A DNA stretch of 62,693 bases, the filler included, from Methanobacteriota archaeon (GTDB taxonomy: Archaea > JACRDV01): NCBI GenBank assembly GCA_024860865.1. It is 5 parts of 5 records of this genome, joined end to end, with 100 filler letters (N's around TTAATTAATTAA, not from the genome) between each part and the next. Parts side by side here need not be neighbours in the genome. Positions count along the whole stretch, not along the records: positions 33,306 to 46,092 come from JACRDV010000113.1; positions 46,193 to 53,892 come from JACRDV010000112.1; 3 more parts are not named here. The stretch is one strand, 5' to 3'. A program made the position numbers and the translations under genes. Every line of letters starts with the position of its first letter. Within the stretch, counting starts at the first letter, position 1. The notes beneath the pieces were generated by a model that did not search any database, was not told where the DNA came from, and saw only the letters and a list, made by a program, of their open reading frames with translations. Positions 40,709-50,211 of this stretch are shown here, piece after piece.

Positions 40709-41176
40709 ATGGAAGATATTTACTACGATGAAAAAACTAAGAAATACAGAAATGTTAAAACTGGCAAATTCATTAGGAAGGAGATATTCCTAAATAAAGT
40801 GCGCAAAGAAGCAATTGCTGGACTGTTTATTTTTAATGCACTTGTTCTAGTAATTATATATGGCTGTTATTCAGGCGCATGCTTAGCTAGCGAATATAAG
40901 GGACTTTTCGTTGAAAGTGCGATACAGACAACACCGGGGCTTTTTTCAGAGGAATTTGTATCATATTTACAAGAGGGAAGCTATGGATGGAAAGTAAGGA
41001 TACTTGAAATGTCCGCAAATTTGTACCGGGGATTTGCCAATTTTCCGCTCATAAGGAACACGATAATTGGAAAGAAATTTTTATCAGATGCTAATGAGTT
41101 GGATGAACAAGCTCAGAGCCTCAGACTACAAGCTGGCAATGTAGAAGGATTAGTTACACGAGTTCCAGTTATTTAA
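40709..41176 (+). CDS. Hypothetical membrane-anchored protein
   Basis: One TM segment; 9 nt upstream of the protease gene. Confidence 0.6.
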   Translation: MEDIYYDEKTKKYRNVKTGKFIRKEIFLNKVRKEAIAGLFIFNALVLVIIYGCYSGACLASEYKGLFVESAIQTTPGLFSEEFVSYLQEGSYGWKVRILEMSANLYRGFANFPLIRNTIIGKKFLSDANELDEQAQSLRLQAGNVEGLVTRVPVI

Positions 41177-41185
41177 GGCAGAAAA

Positions 41186-42415
41186 ATGAGAATACGCCTT
41201 CTTGTAACTATAATCCCTATATTATTCTTGATACCCTGGTTTTTTTACTGGCCCCCTTCTTTAACTCAGAATGTACAAGTTATTGTAGTTTTTAAAGAAA
41301 AAGCGCTTCCAGAAGTTGTTGAGCAACATGGTGGCGAAGTAATTGCAGCATATCAAATAATTCCAGGAGTTGCTGCAAGAATACCATCTCAGGCGCTTGA
41401 AAAATTAAAACAAAATCCTGCGGTGTCTTATGTTGAGCTGGACCGGGAAGTTCGAGCACTTGCACAAGAAACTCCTTGGGGCGTTCGCAGAATTGGAGCC
41501 GACGTGGCTTGGAGCATAACTAAAGGCACTGGGGTTAAGGTTGCAATTCTTGATACTGGGATAGACTACAACCATCCTGACCTAGATGCAAATATAAAAG
41601 GTGGAATTGATTTAGTCGGTAAAGGATATAGCACCAATCCCAGGGACTGGAATGATAAAAATGGCCATGGTACTCACTGTGCAGGTATTGTAGCAGCTGA
41701 AGACAATAGTATCGGAGTAGTCGGCGTTGCACCTGAGGCATCATTGTATGCTGTCAAAGTATTAAATGATGGCGGGTTAGGATTTACTAGCGATATTATT
41801 GAGGGGATCGACTGGTGTGCTAGCAATGGTATCCAAGTCATTTCAATGAGTTTTGGCAGCAGCGCTCCTTCAGATGCAGAAAGACAAGCCTGCAATAATG
41901 CTTCTAATTTAGGTCTTCTTCTAGTAGCAGCAGCTGGTAACGACGGACCAAGCAACAATACTATCAATTACCCAGCTGGGTATGACTCAGTTATTGCTGT
42001 TGGTGCTACAGACTCAAGCGATCAAATTGCATATTTTAGTAGCCGAGGGACACAAATAGAATTAGTAGCTCCAGGCGTTAGCATTTATTCCACATACAAA
42101 GGTGATGATTATGCTACCCTATCAGGAACCTCTATGTCCTGCCCACATGTAAGCGGAACAGCTGCGCTCATTTGGGCTGCTTTTCCATCATGGACAAATA
42201 CTCAAGTAAGAGCTCAATTACAAGAAACGGCTGGGGATTTTGGACCTGCGGGTAGAGACTCAATTTATGGATATGGAATTGTAAATGCAAGCAAAGCTGT
42301 TTTATATCCAACTCCTATCCCCGAATTCCCGGGACTCATGTGGTTAGCGATAATGGCTGCATGTATTCTTTATCTAGGATTTTGCTATATTCGGGCTCTA
42401 GGCCCATTCATCTAA
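41186..42415 (+). CDS. Subtilisin-family (S8) serine protease with PEF-CTERM-like anchor
   Basis: DTG, HGTH and GTSMS catalytic triad; propeptide; C-terminal IPEFP followed by a TM helix. Confidence 0.95.
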   Translation: MRIRLLVTIIPILFLIPWFFYWPPSLTQNVQVIVVFKEKALPEVVEQHGGEVIAAYQIIPGVAARIPSQALEKLKQNPAVSYVELDREVRALAQETPWGVRRIGADVAWSITKGTGVKVAILDTGIDYNHPDLDANIKGGIDLVGKGYSTNPRDWNDKNGHGTHCAGIVAAEDNSIGVVGVAPEASLYAVKVLNDGGLGFTSDIIEGIDWCASNGIQVISMSFGSSAPSDAERQACNNASNLGLLLVAAAGNDGPSNNTINYPAGYDSVIAVGATDSSDQIAYFSSRGTQIELVAPGVSIYSTYKGDDYATLSGTSMSCPHVSGTAALIWAAFPSWTNTQVRAQLQETAGDFGPAGRDSIYGYGIVNASKAVLYPTPIPEFPGLMWLAIMAACILYLGFCYIRALGPFI

Positions 42416-42429
42416 GAAAGGAAAAGGCA

Positions 42430-42484
42430 ATGTTCTTTGTGGGGATCAAAGTCCCAACTTAGGATCGATCTTTCTCTGCACACT
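42430..42484. repeat. Copy 1 of a ~55-bp imperfect direct repeat
   Basis: ATGTTC..GGGATCAAAGTCCCAA..CTTTCTCTGCACACT; matches 43554-43609. Confidence 0.8.
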
Positions 42485-42488
42485 TCCT

Positions 42489-42917
42489 CTACTTGCTCTT
42501 AAGTTGTTCAATAAATTTTCCTATAGAAAAGATAAACCTTTCAAAATCGCGCACTCTTAAGTGGTATTGGTAAATTTCCTCAGGAGTGACTCCTCGATAA
42601 ACGTGAGCTAAACTTCGTCGAAATTCGATCATCCATTTACTTTCTTTAAAGAGTTCTGTTGAAATAACTCCCGCTCCTTTAAGTCTTTCTAAAACTTGTG
42701 TATAGGTTTCTGCTTTTTCTAATTGCAAAGAAGCAATTAAATGTTTTCCAATATCAATTACATCCTCGACCGCCTCGTAAAGAAAATTCTTAATTGCTGC
42801 AAACCTTTCAGGATTTTTTCTTAAGGTTTCAGGCGAATCTACTTTATATTCCTTTAAATAGTCAGTGGACTTCTTTAAATGCTCTAATATGCGAGCAACT
42901 TTTTCTCTATCAACCAA
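42489..42917 (-). CDS. HEPN (DUF86/HepT-like) toxin
   Basis: EDVIDIGKHLI and RRSLAHVY (Rx4HxY); overlaps the MNT gene. Confidence 0.88.
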   Translation of the reverse strand: MVDREKVARILEHLKKSTDYLKEYKVDSPETLRKNPERFAAIKNFLYEAVEDVIDIGKHLIASLQLEKAETYTQVLERLKGAGVISTELFKESKWMIEFRRSLAHVYRGVTPEEIYQYHLRVRDFERFIFSIGKFIEQLKSK

Positions 42918-43338
42918 GCTCTTTCACCTTTTTGAAAAAATATTTATCATACTCCTCAATGATGGGCTTAGAAATCCAATAATCTGCCATAACTTCTTCT
43001 TCGAACTTTATCCTATGCTTTTCATTTTTTATGAAAATAGGAATCCCTTCTTTAATCACTCGAAATTTTAAAGAATCGGATGTTACTTCGTTCAGGAAAA
43101 CTATGTCAATTTTATCCGTACGAAATGCAGTAGCGATTTCCCAATATATTTCGGCTTTTTCATCAAGTTAAAGTTTTCTTTCAGTTAAAAGAGCTATGTC
43201 TATATCGCTTAAAGGGGTTATTCTTCCTTTTACTTGAGAGCCAAAAAGATAAGTAACTTGTATAAATGAAAACTTTTTTGAAGCGTTCTTAAGCTTGATT
43301 ATATCTTCTTCAGACATTTTATTGTTATCCTTTAACAT
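42910..43338 (-). pseudogene. Minimal nucleotidyltransferase (MntA-like antitoxin) with an internal stop
   Basis: YLFGSQ..G....SDIDIA; in-frame TAA at 43168-43170; frame continues with KIDIVFLN. Confidence 0.85.
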
Positions 43339-43553
43339 TTTATATCTCTAGTTTAATTTTTTAATTGTTGGTATGAAAAAGTATTTGTGGAACCTTTTTA
43401 TTATGCATTGCGGTGTGCGATTAAATCGCAAATAGTTTGGGCGTTAGAGCCCTTAAAGCAACCTGATTGCCCCAATTCTCGCTTAAATACTTAAATAAAT
43501 GGGCTTCGAGCTCGCATAGAAACTTGTGCAAAATAGAACTGGGTTCGCACACC

Positions 43554-43609
43554 ATGTTCCTGTGTAGGGATCAAGTCCCAAACCGTGCATCGGCCTTTCT
43601 CTGCACACT
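43554..43609. repeat. Copy 2 of the ~55-bp imperfect direct repeat
   Basis: ATGTTC..GGGATCAAGTCCCAA..CTTTCTCTGCACACT. Confidence 0.8.
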
Positions 43610-43735
43610 AAAAAAGCTGAAAAACAGCGGCAAAATCTTTTTCATTTGTTCTAATGGCGCAGCCAATGTATTGTTTGATGAGGGATTTGATGAGGGAACA
43701 GAGAACCAAACTCCTCTTCCACTTTACAAAATATA

Positions 43736-44407
43736 CTAAGTTTCTATAATTATCGGCTCAATTTTTTCTTTTGTTATTTTTAATAAGCCAACAGATGGTT
43801 TTATTATAAAAGGTGGCAGCGGATTTGTTGGGCTGCCAGGGTTAAAGAAAAGAATGCCTTCATCTTCCTTTACAAAGGGCCTATGCGTGTGTCCAAAGAT
43901 CAAAACATCAAAATCATTTTCTTTTGCAATTTTTTTCATTTCTTTTATTCCCCAAAGAGCGCCAACATCGTGGACAACTCCAATTTTCCAATCAAAGATT
44001 TTGACAGACTCCATCCCTGGCAATTTTTCCCTAACATCATAGGGATCCATATTTCCGTAAACTGCAACAACTGGAGCATGTTTTTTTAGGTCTCTAACCA
44101 CTTCAATTTCAACTAAATCTCCAGCATGGATAATTAAATCTACATCTTTAAAAATTTCAAAAACCTTCACAGGAATTTCCATTGAGCGCTTTGGAATATG
44201 TGTATCGGATATTACTCCAATTACTTTCAAGTATGCACTTTTATTAAATTTAGGAGGCTCTTTGAGAGTTTTGATGTTCGGGGATACATAAATCATGCTA
44301 GCCATAATTATTAATATCGAGATCAAAATAAATATTAACATAACAAGCGGCGCTTTCAAAGCTACCCCCTGGCTAGCAAATGCTATTGATTTTTTTAAAA
44401 CATTCAA
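43736..44407 (-). CDS. Membrane-anchored metallophosphoesterase (YfcE/MJ0936 family)
   Basis: SDTH, HAGD, GNMD, GHTH, NPGS; N-terminal TM segment. Confidence 0.9.
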   Translation of the reverse strand: MNVLKKSIAFASQGVALKAPLVMLIFILISILIIMASMIYVSPNIKTLKEPPKFNKSAYLKVIGVISDTHIPKRSMEIPVKVFEIFKDVDLIIHAGDLVEIEVVRDLKKHAPVVAVYGNMDPYDVREKLPGMESVKIFDWKIGVVHDVGALWGIKEMKKIAKENDFDVLIFGHTHRPFVKEDEGILFFNPGSPTNPLPPFIIKPSVGLLKITKEKIEPIIIET

Positions 44408-44902
44408 GTGAGTAAGATGGATATAAAGCCAACTAACGAAATAATGAGAGAATTACTAAGACTTTATAGAAAAAGCAAGAGCAAAGAGAGTTGGCAAGTT
44501 ATTACTGGAAGAAACCCTAAAGGCAGGTATGATACATTTATTTCAGCTGATGATAAGTTGTGGCAGTTAGAAACAGAGCCCATCGGGTCAATGGAATTTA
44601 TAGGCGTTGGTTCAGAGATAACAAACGTCGATGAGGACATAAGAAAAATAATGAGAACTGGATCGCCAGTTCCGTTTGGAATAATCTCTCCTCAAAGAGG
44701 GAAATTTTCTATAATTATGGCTGGAATCGAGCAATATTCCTCTGATTCAGTTCATCTATTGCGAAAGGAGTATTTTTCAGAAGAACAAATAAAATTAGAA
44801 GAAAAATTAAACCAAGAACTTAAGAGACTAGTTAATAGAAATCCATCATTTGCTAGAAAATATAAAGAACAAAAGGAACATGAAAGTAAGTCTTACATGT
44901 AA
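44408..44902 (+). CDS. Hypothetical protein
   Basis: 164-aa ORF with host-like composition. Confidence 0.6.
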   Translation: MSKMDIKPTNEIMRELLRLYRKSKSKESWQVITGRNPKGRYDTFISADDKLWQLETEPIGSMEFIGVGSEITNVDEDIRKIMRTGSPVPFGIISPQRGKFSIIMAGIEQYSSDSVHLLRKEYFSEEQIKLEEKLNQELKRLVNRNPSFARKYKEQKEHESKSYM

Positions 44903-45475
44903 ATACTTTACTTAGTTATTTTTTCTGGTTCTTTAAAAGGACCTTAAAACTTAGTTATGGTGCGGCTCTAGGCTATAGGTTTACAATTGAACTATGGTCA
45001 ATATTAAAATTGCTGGAGAGCTACCAAATCCGCCACCTTGCATTAGCCACCAAAAACCAATCGGCGATTTTTCTTTCAATCCTCATTTTACGAGTCTACT
45101 TTTTGAAACTTATTCATAGAAAAACCCATCGAAAAATTTTTGGAGCTTTCAATTCTCACTTTACGAATAGTTTGTAAGGATACTATCAGTGCCTTCTCTG
45201 GCGTCAAAACAAAATGAGCACGTCTGTGCAGATGGGTACTATACCCAAAAGCCGTAAGTTTATCGCTAGCATGAAAATAAAAAAAGAGTTGACTCTAGCT
45301 TAAATCTCCGAACAGCTCATCAAGCGCTAGATCTAGTGCACATTTTTGTCCTGCCCAATCTTTTACTCTCATCATTTTCTGTTCTACGATGAAGAAGGCC
45401 GTTGCTGGAGTAATCGATTCAGAACTGATGGCCTGAAGAAAAGGAATGGATTGATTACAAAAGGAGAAAACAAAA

Positions 45476-45628
45476 ATGAAATGTGCAATCTGTAGGCGGA
45501 AATTAGTAGTTATTGAAGATGTTCCAGCCAATGTATGTGAAAACTGCGGTGAGAAATATTTTTCTGCAAAAGTTTCAAAAGAGATCGATAAATTACTAGA
45601 ATCTGATGTAAAAGTGAAAGAAAATTAG
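45476..45628 (+). pseudogene. YgiT/MqsA-type zinc-finger antitoxin remnant, preceded by a toxin 3' fragment
   Basis: MKCAIC-RRK-LVVIEDVPANVCENCGEKYF (appears internally shortened); upstream ...PEEKEWIDYKRRK resembles a DUF4258 C-terminus. Confidence 0.6.
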
Positions 45629-45811
45629 AAGTTCCTGTTTTTTCGCTAAAAAGCTTAACAACAGCTTAGCTACTTCTAAATTGATAAGTTTCCTTGTAGT
45701 GGGAAATTACTGCAAACTGAGTCATTTATTTCTTCCAAGTTTCATGATTTTTCACAAAGTTGTAATGAAACTGGAGAAACACTTAAGTATTACCAACGGG
45801 TAAGACTAATT

Positions 45812-46045
45812 ATGGAATGCAGCAAAATTACTAAGAAAGGGCAAGTGACCATTCCCCTGCGGTTCAGGCAGCTCCTCCAAATCAAGGCAGGCGAGAAAGT
45901 GCTTTTCGATGTAGAGGGGGAAAAAGTGGTACTTAAAAAAGCTCCTAAGAATCCCGTCACAGACCTCGTCGGGCTCGGAAAGGGTATTTTTGGCACAAGT
46001 CTGGAGTATCAGCGCAAGATGAGAAGCGAATGGGAAGGACAATGA
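45812..46045 (+). CDS. AbrB/MazE antitoxin
   Basis: KITKKGQVTIP...GEKV. Confidence 0.88.
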   Translation: MECSKITKKGQVTIPLRFRQLLQIKAGEKVLFDVEGEKVVLKKAPKNPVTDLVGLGKGIFGTSLEYQRKMRSEWEGQ

Positions 46046-46092
46046 GAGTCTTCATAGATACCAATGTCTTTCTTGCTATTTTGAACGAGGAA
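46042..46092 (+). CDS. PIN/VapC toxin 5' end, cut by contig end
   Basis: MRVFIDTNVFL; ATGA overlap with the antitoxin. Confidence 0.8.
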
Positions 46093-46192
46093 NNNNNNNN
46101 NNNNNNNNNNNNNNNNNNNNNNNNNNNNNNNNNNNNTTAATTAATTAANNNNNNNNNNNNNNNNNNNNNNNNNNNNNNNNNNNNNNNNNNNN
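46093..46192. other. Artificial contig linker
   Basis: N-TTAATTAATTAA-N. Confidence 0.97.
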
Positions 46193-46200
46193 ATATCGTT

Positions 46201-46318
46201 GCGGGGGTGTTCCGAGCGGTCAAAGGAGCTGGAGGTTTGCACTCAGGTGTAGATCGGCGAAGCTTAGGACCCAGTGGGCGTAGGCCCTTCCAGGGTTCAA
46301 ATCCCTGCCCCCGCACCA
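46201..46318 (+). tRNA. tRNA-Leu(TAG) with a 29-nt intron at position 30/31 (46233-46261) and encoded CCA
   Basis: Acceptor GCGGGGG/CCCCCGC-A-CCA; spliced anticodon arm CTGGG-CTTAGGA-CCCAG; long variable arm; T arm CAGGG-TTCAAAT-CCCTG. Confidence 0.92.
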
Positions 46319-47062
46319 CCTAAAATTGCCTGTTTGTTCCCATTTTTTTAGCGGTTTTTCCTAAATAATCCCAAATTATTCCCTTTCAGTTTTTAGTTGG
46401 CTTTTCATTTCGGATCTCGGAAGAGGGTTTAAATTCTCGGTTTTTCCATGGATGGTGTCTTAGGAGTGCCCGTATCGACTGGAGAGGAACTGCTAACGAT
46501 GCAAGGCAAAAATCCCATTAAAGGGAATTGAAAGTCTATAGACTCGCCCGGAACGCACCACGCCTACGAAATCTACTTCACTGTTGAGAAGCTACAGGCC
46601 CATTTAAATATTCAGCCAGTGGTGTTCTTGAAGGCGGCAATATCCAAGTGCATAAGTTGCCTTGAAGAATCTAAAAGACTTATTATTCATCGATTTTGCA
46701 TACCTTTTTCAACTAAGGAACCCCGTCGTATCTATTTAGTATTTGAATCTAGGTATAAGCACTATCTTGGCAGGCAAGAATGGATGAATTTGCAAAAAAT
46801 TGGTGACACTATTGAATTTGGTACTAAGATGATGCTTACAGCAGTTCAAGGGTGCCAGTTCAAGTATATGCACCTAAAGCCAACATAGTGCCTGTAATTA
46901 TAGTATCACATAAAGGAGACTAAAGATGGACAGAATTTTGCCAAATATATTATTTCTCAGGGTGGATCCAAGAGGTCGTACTCGCCGATTGGGCACTGTT
47001 ACTCAGTTAATTTTTAATATTTGCTTTCGAATGGCTTATCCTGAGAGTTTTAATGAAATGTT

Positions 47063-48253
47063 TTGGAGGCGCTCCCAGATATTATGGTGAGGAAATTGGT
47101 TGGAACAGTTTCAATTTTAGATGATTTTGATCAAATTAAACACATAGATAAAAGCAATATGCGCGAGGCCATGAATCGATTGCCAGAGAATTGCGAAGAT
47201 GCATTAAAATTGGCTGAGAAACTGAATATTCCAAAGAAATTGAGAATAACTGAAAAAATTTCAATCAAATATAAAAATCCTGAGAAAATTTTGGTTGTAG
47301 GGATGGGCGGCTCTGCAATCAGCGGGGATATACTTCGAACTTGGCTCAGGGGTTCTTTACCAATTCCTATTGAAGTTTGCCGTGAATATTATTTGCCCGC
47401 TTATGCTGATAACAGCACATTAGTTTTAGCAATTAGTTATTCAGGCAACACAGAAGAAACACTGAGCGGATTTATTGAAGCAATTCAACGAAAGTGCATG
47501 GTTATCGCAATTACTTCAGGTGGGTTACTTTTAGATTTTTGTCAAAAGCTTAGAATTCCTTTTATAAAAGTTCCAAGCGAGTTGCCACCAAGAGCAGCTA
47601 TTCCATATTTATTTTTCCCATTGGTAACTATTCTTAAAAAGTTAGATATTTTAAAATTGAAACAAAGAGAGATAAGAGAAACTATCGATTTACTTGGAGA
47701 AATTCGCGAACTAATTCGAGCAGAAACCCCTACAAAAAATAATCCGGCGAAAAAGTTAGCCATCGCATTAATGGGAACTATCCCGGCAATTTACGGATTT
47801 AGAGAATATGAAAGCATTGCATTAAGAATCAAGACTCAACTAAATGAGAATAGCAAAATTCCAGCAAAAAATGAAGTATTTCCAGAGTTGAGCCACAATG
47901 AGATAGTTGGTTGGGATGGCCCAAGAAAGCTAACGAAAATGTTTTCAGCTGTCCTGATTAGAGATCCGGATGAAACGCCTGAAATAAGATCAAGGATCGA
48001 AACAATGCGGGCGCTTAATCTAAATAAAAAAGCCAGTAAAGTTCTTGAAATTAAAGCCATAGGAAAGTCTAAGTTAGCTAGAATGTTTTCTGTAATGTAT
48101 ATCGGAGATTATGCCAGCCTATATCTTGCTATTTTATGTGGAGTAGATCCAACACCAATTGAAGTTATTACAAAATTGAAGCACGAGCTAGCAAAGAGAG
48201 TAAACATAATTGAGAAACTTAATTATCAAGTGGAGAAATGGGCTACCAAATAA
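47063..48253 (+). CDS. Bifunctional phosphoglucose/phosphomannose isomerase
   Basis: GMGGS, SYSGNTEET, PRAA, ENSK, PELSHNE. Confidence 0.93.
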   Translation: MEALPDIMVRKLVGTVSILDDFDQIKHIDKSNMREAMNRLPENCEDALKLAEKLNIPKKLRITEKISIKYKNPEKILVVGMGGSAISGDILRTWLRGSLPIPIEVCREYYLPAYADNSTLVLAISYSGNTEETLSGFIEAIQRKCMVIAITSGGLLLDFCQKLRIPFIKVPSELPPRAAIPYLFFPLVTILKKLDILKLKQREIRETIDLLGEIRELIRAETPTKNNPAKKLAIALMGTIPAIYGFREYESIALRIKTQLNENSKIPAKNEVFPELSHNEIVGWDGPRKLTKMFSAVLIRDPDETPEIRSRIETMRALNLNKKASKVLEIKAIGKSKLARMFSVMYIGDYASLYLAILCGVDPTPIEVITKLKHELAKRVNIIEKLNYQVEKWATK

Positions 48254-48365
48254 CTTCTCAAGCAAAGATTATAGAAGTTTGAACATCTCTGTAGCCATTG
48301 AGAACTTGTTGTCAGATAAAAACCTAGAATTAGTTGATTTCAATGAAATTTTTTAAAGAAGTTTA

Positions 48366-49121
48366 TTGGGAAAAATCATGCCTGAGTATGCCATCCAGAC
48401 TTTTAATTTAAGTAAGAAATACTTTCTAAAAAAAGAAATTGTTGCATTGGACAATGTTAGTTTAGAAATTAGTAAAGGAGAATTATTTGGATTACTTGGC
48501 CCAAATGGTTCTGGAAAAACTACCTTAATCAAAATTTTATGCACCCTTATAGAGCCTACAGAAGGAAAGGCCTTTGTAAACGGCTATGATGTAATGAACG
48601 AATCCCTGCGGGTTCGAAAATCAGTTGGTTTCGTTAGCACCGAAAACACCCTTTATTATAAACTTACTGCCTTTGAAAATCTAGAATATTATGCAAGTCT
48701 GTACAAAGTCCCAAAAAATGAGACCAAAAAGCGAATAGAAGAACTCCTCGAGCTTGTTGGTTTAACCAGTCGAGCAGACGATTTAGTCGAGAGGTATTCA
48801 AGTGGAATGAGACAACGCCTTAGCATTATTCGGAGCTTAATCCATAGCCCGGATATTCTTTTTCTCGATGAGCCCACGCTTGGTTTGGATATAGTCTCTG
48901 CAAAACAAATTCGAACCTCTGTAAAAAATTTTAGTAAAGAAAGAGAATGTAGTATTATTTTGTCAACCCATGATTTTAGGGAGGCAGGAGAGCTCTCAGA
49001 TCGAATTGGAATATTAAGCAATGGAAAAATTGTTGCTGCTGACAAAATTGAAAATTTAAAAAAACAATTTGAAACAACTTCTTTGGAAGCTATTTTTGAA
49101 AAATTAACGAGCGAGGCTTAG
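48366..49121 (+). CDS. ABC-2 exporter ATP-binding protein
   Basis: GPNGSGKT, YSSGMRQR, FLDEPT. Confidence 0.95.
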   Translation: MGKIMPEYAIQTFNLSKKYFLKKEIVALDNVSLEISKGELFGLLGPNGSGKTTLIKILCTLIEPTEGKAFVNGYDVMNESLRVRKSVGFVSTENTLYYKLTAFENLEYYASLYKVPKNETKKRIEELLELVGLTSRADDLVERYSSGMRQRLSIIRSLIHSPDILFLDEPTLGLDIVSAKQIRTSVKNFSKERECSIILSTHDFREAGELSDRIGILSNGKIVAADKIENLKKQFETTSLEAIFEKLTSEA

Positions 49122-49124
49122 CTT

Positions 49125-49925
49125 TTGTTTTCAGAGTTAGAGCCAATTTTAGCGATTGTTAAAAAAGAAACTAGAATTCATTGGCGATATCGAATTTGGT
49201 TACTTGTAGATATCTTAACTCCATTAATTTGGGTTTTAATGTTAATATTTTTTGGAAGAGCATTTGGTAGAGGACTTTTGGCTGGAATAGATTATATTTC
49301 ATTCCTTTTGATTGGAATGATTATGTTTAACTTCGTGAGCTTTGCGATGTGGGGAGTAGGTTTTACATTAAGGATGGAGCAATGGCAAGGAACACTAGAA
49401 GCTAATTTTCTAGCGCCAATACACAGAACATCTCTTTTAATTGGAAAATTTATTGCAAGTTCACTAACTGCCACATTTAGCATTTTAGTAATACTTTTAT
49501 TTGTAAAATTTACTTTTGGATTAAAATTAAATGTTGGAAGTTGGTCTTTAATAGCTTTAACAGTTATCTTGACTGTATTTTGTGCATATGGATTTAGCGT
49601 TTTAATTGCAAGTTTAGTATTAATTTTTAAAGAACCAGGTGCATTAATGAGTCTATTTGAAGCAATTTTCCTATTTCTTTGTGGAGTATTCTATCCAATA
49701 ACAGTGATGCCAAGTTTCCTACAAGCAATCTCAAAGTTTATTCCATTTACCCATTCTTTGATTATTTTAAGAGCAGCACTGTTTGAAAAAGCAAGTTTTA
49801 TATTGGTCTATAACTCGCTCCTTATACTGATAGTTTTTAGCATAGCTCTTCCAATCGTTGGCCATGCTCTATTTTCTTATGTTGAACGACAAGTCAAAAT
49901 TAGAGGTACTTTAGCCCATTACTAA
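49125..49925 (+). CDS. ABC-2 permease
   Basis: Six TM segments; EQWQGTLE, GVFYP. Confidence 0.9.
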   Translation: MFSELEPILAIVKKETRIHWRYRIWLLVDILTPLIWVLMLIFFGRAFGRGLLAGIDYISFLLIGMIMFNFVSFAMWGVGFTLRMEQWQGTLEANFLAPIHRTSLLIGKFIASSLTATFSILVILLFVKFTFGLKLNVGSWSLIALTVILTVFCAYGFSVLIASLVLIFKEPGALMSLFEAIFLFLCGVFYPITVMPSFLQAISKFIPFTHSLIILRAALFEKASFILVYNSLLILIVFSIALPIVGHALFSYVERQVKIRGTLAHY

Positions 49926-50003
49926 TTGAAATGGGATTAAAAATCAAATTTAATTAAGAAAATTAAATAATGAGTACAAAAAATATAATTATTTAGGTTT
50001 TTT

Positions 50004-50141
50004 ATGGCAAAAGTTGAAGTAACATGTGGCTTATGCCCGAAGTTCAAAGATGGATTCTGTTCTTATAAAAATGCGAAAGTCAATCCAGAACAAGCAGTTT
50101 GCCCAGATTATAATAGAGTGATTGACCTTTGGCTTTACTAA
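50004..50141 (+). CDS. 45-aa Cys4 small protein
   Basis: MAKVEVTCGLCPKFKDGFCSYKNAKVNPEQAVCPDYNRVIDLWLY; AGGT upstream. Confidence 0.55.
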   Translation: MAKVEVTCGLCPKFKDGFCSYKNAKVNPEQAVCPDYNRVIDLWLY

Positions 50142-50211
50142 ATCTATTATAAGCTTCTTAACAAGATTAAAAAGAGATAGCCTTTAAAAAGAAAAAAAGG
50201 AAAAGATTGCG

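Noticed and set aside
43413-43609. GTGTGCG start and GGG..AAGTCCC hairpin suggesting a group II intron
   Set aside because: No domain V/VI or reverse transcriptase ORF, and far too short.
43675-43698. Tandem TTTGATGAGGGA x2 containing C-box-like TGATGA
   Set aside because: No properly spaced D boxes; a simple 12-bp duplication.
46619-46888. 89-aa ORF downstream of the tRNA as a possible integrase remnant
   Set aside because: No recombinase motifs and no duplicated tRNA 3' end (att site) seen on this contig.
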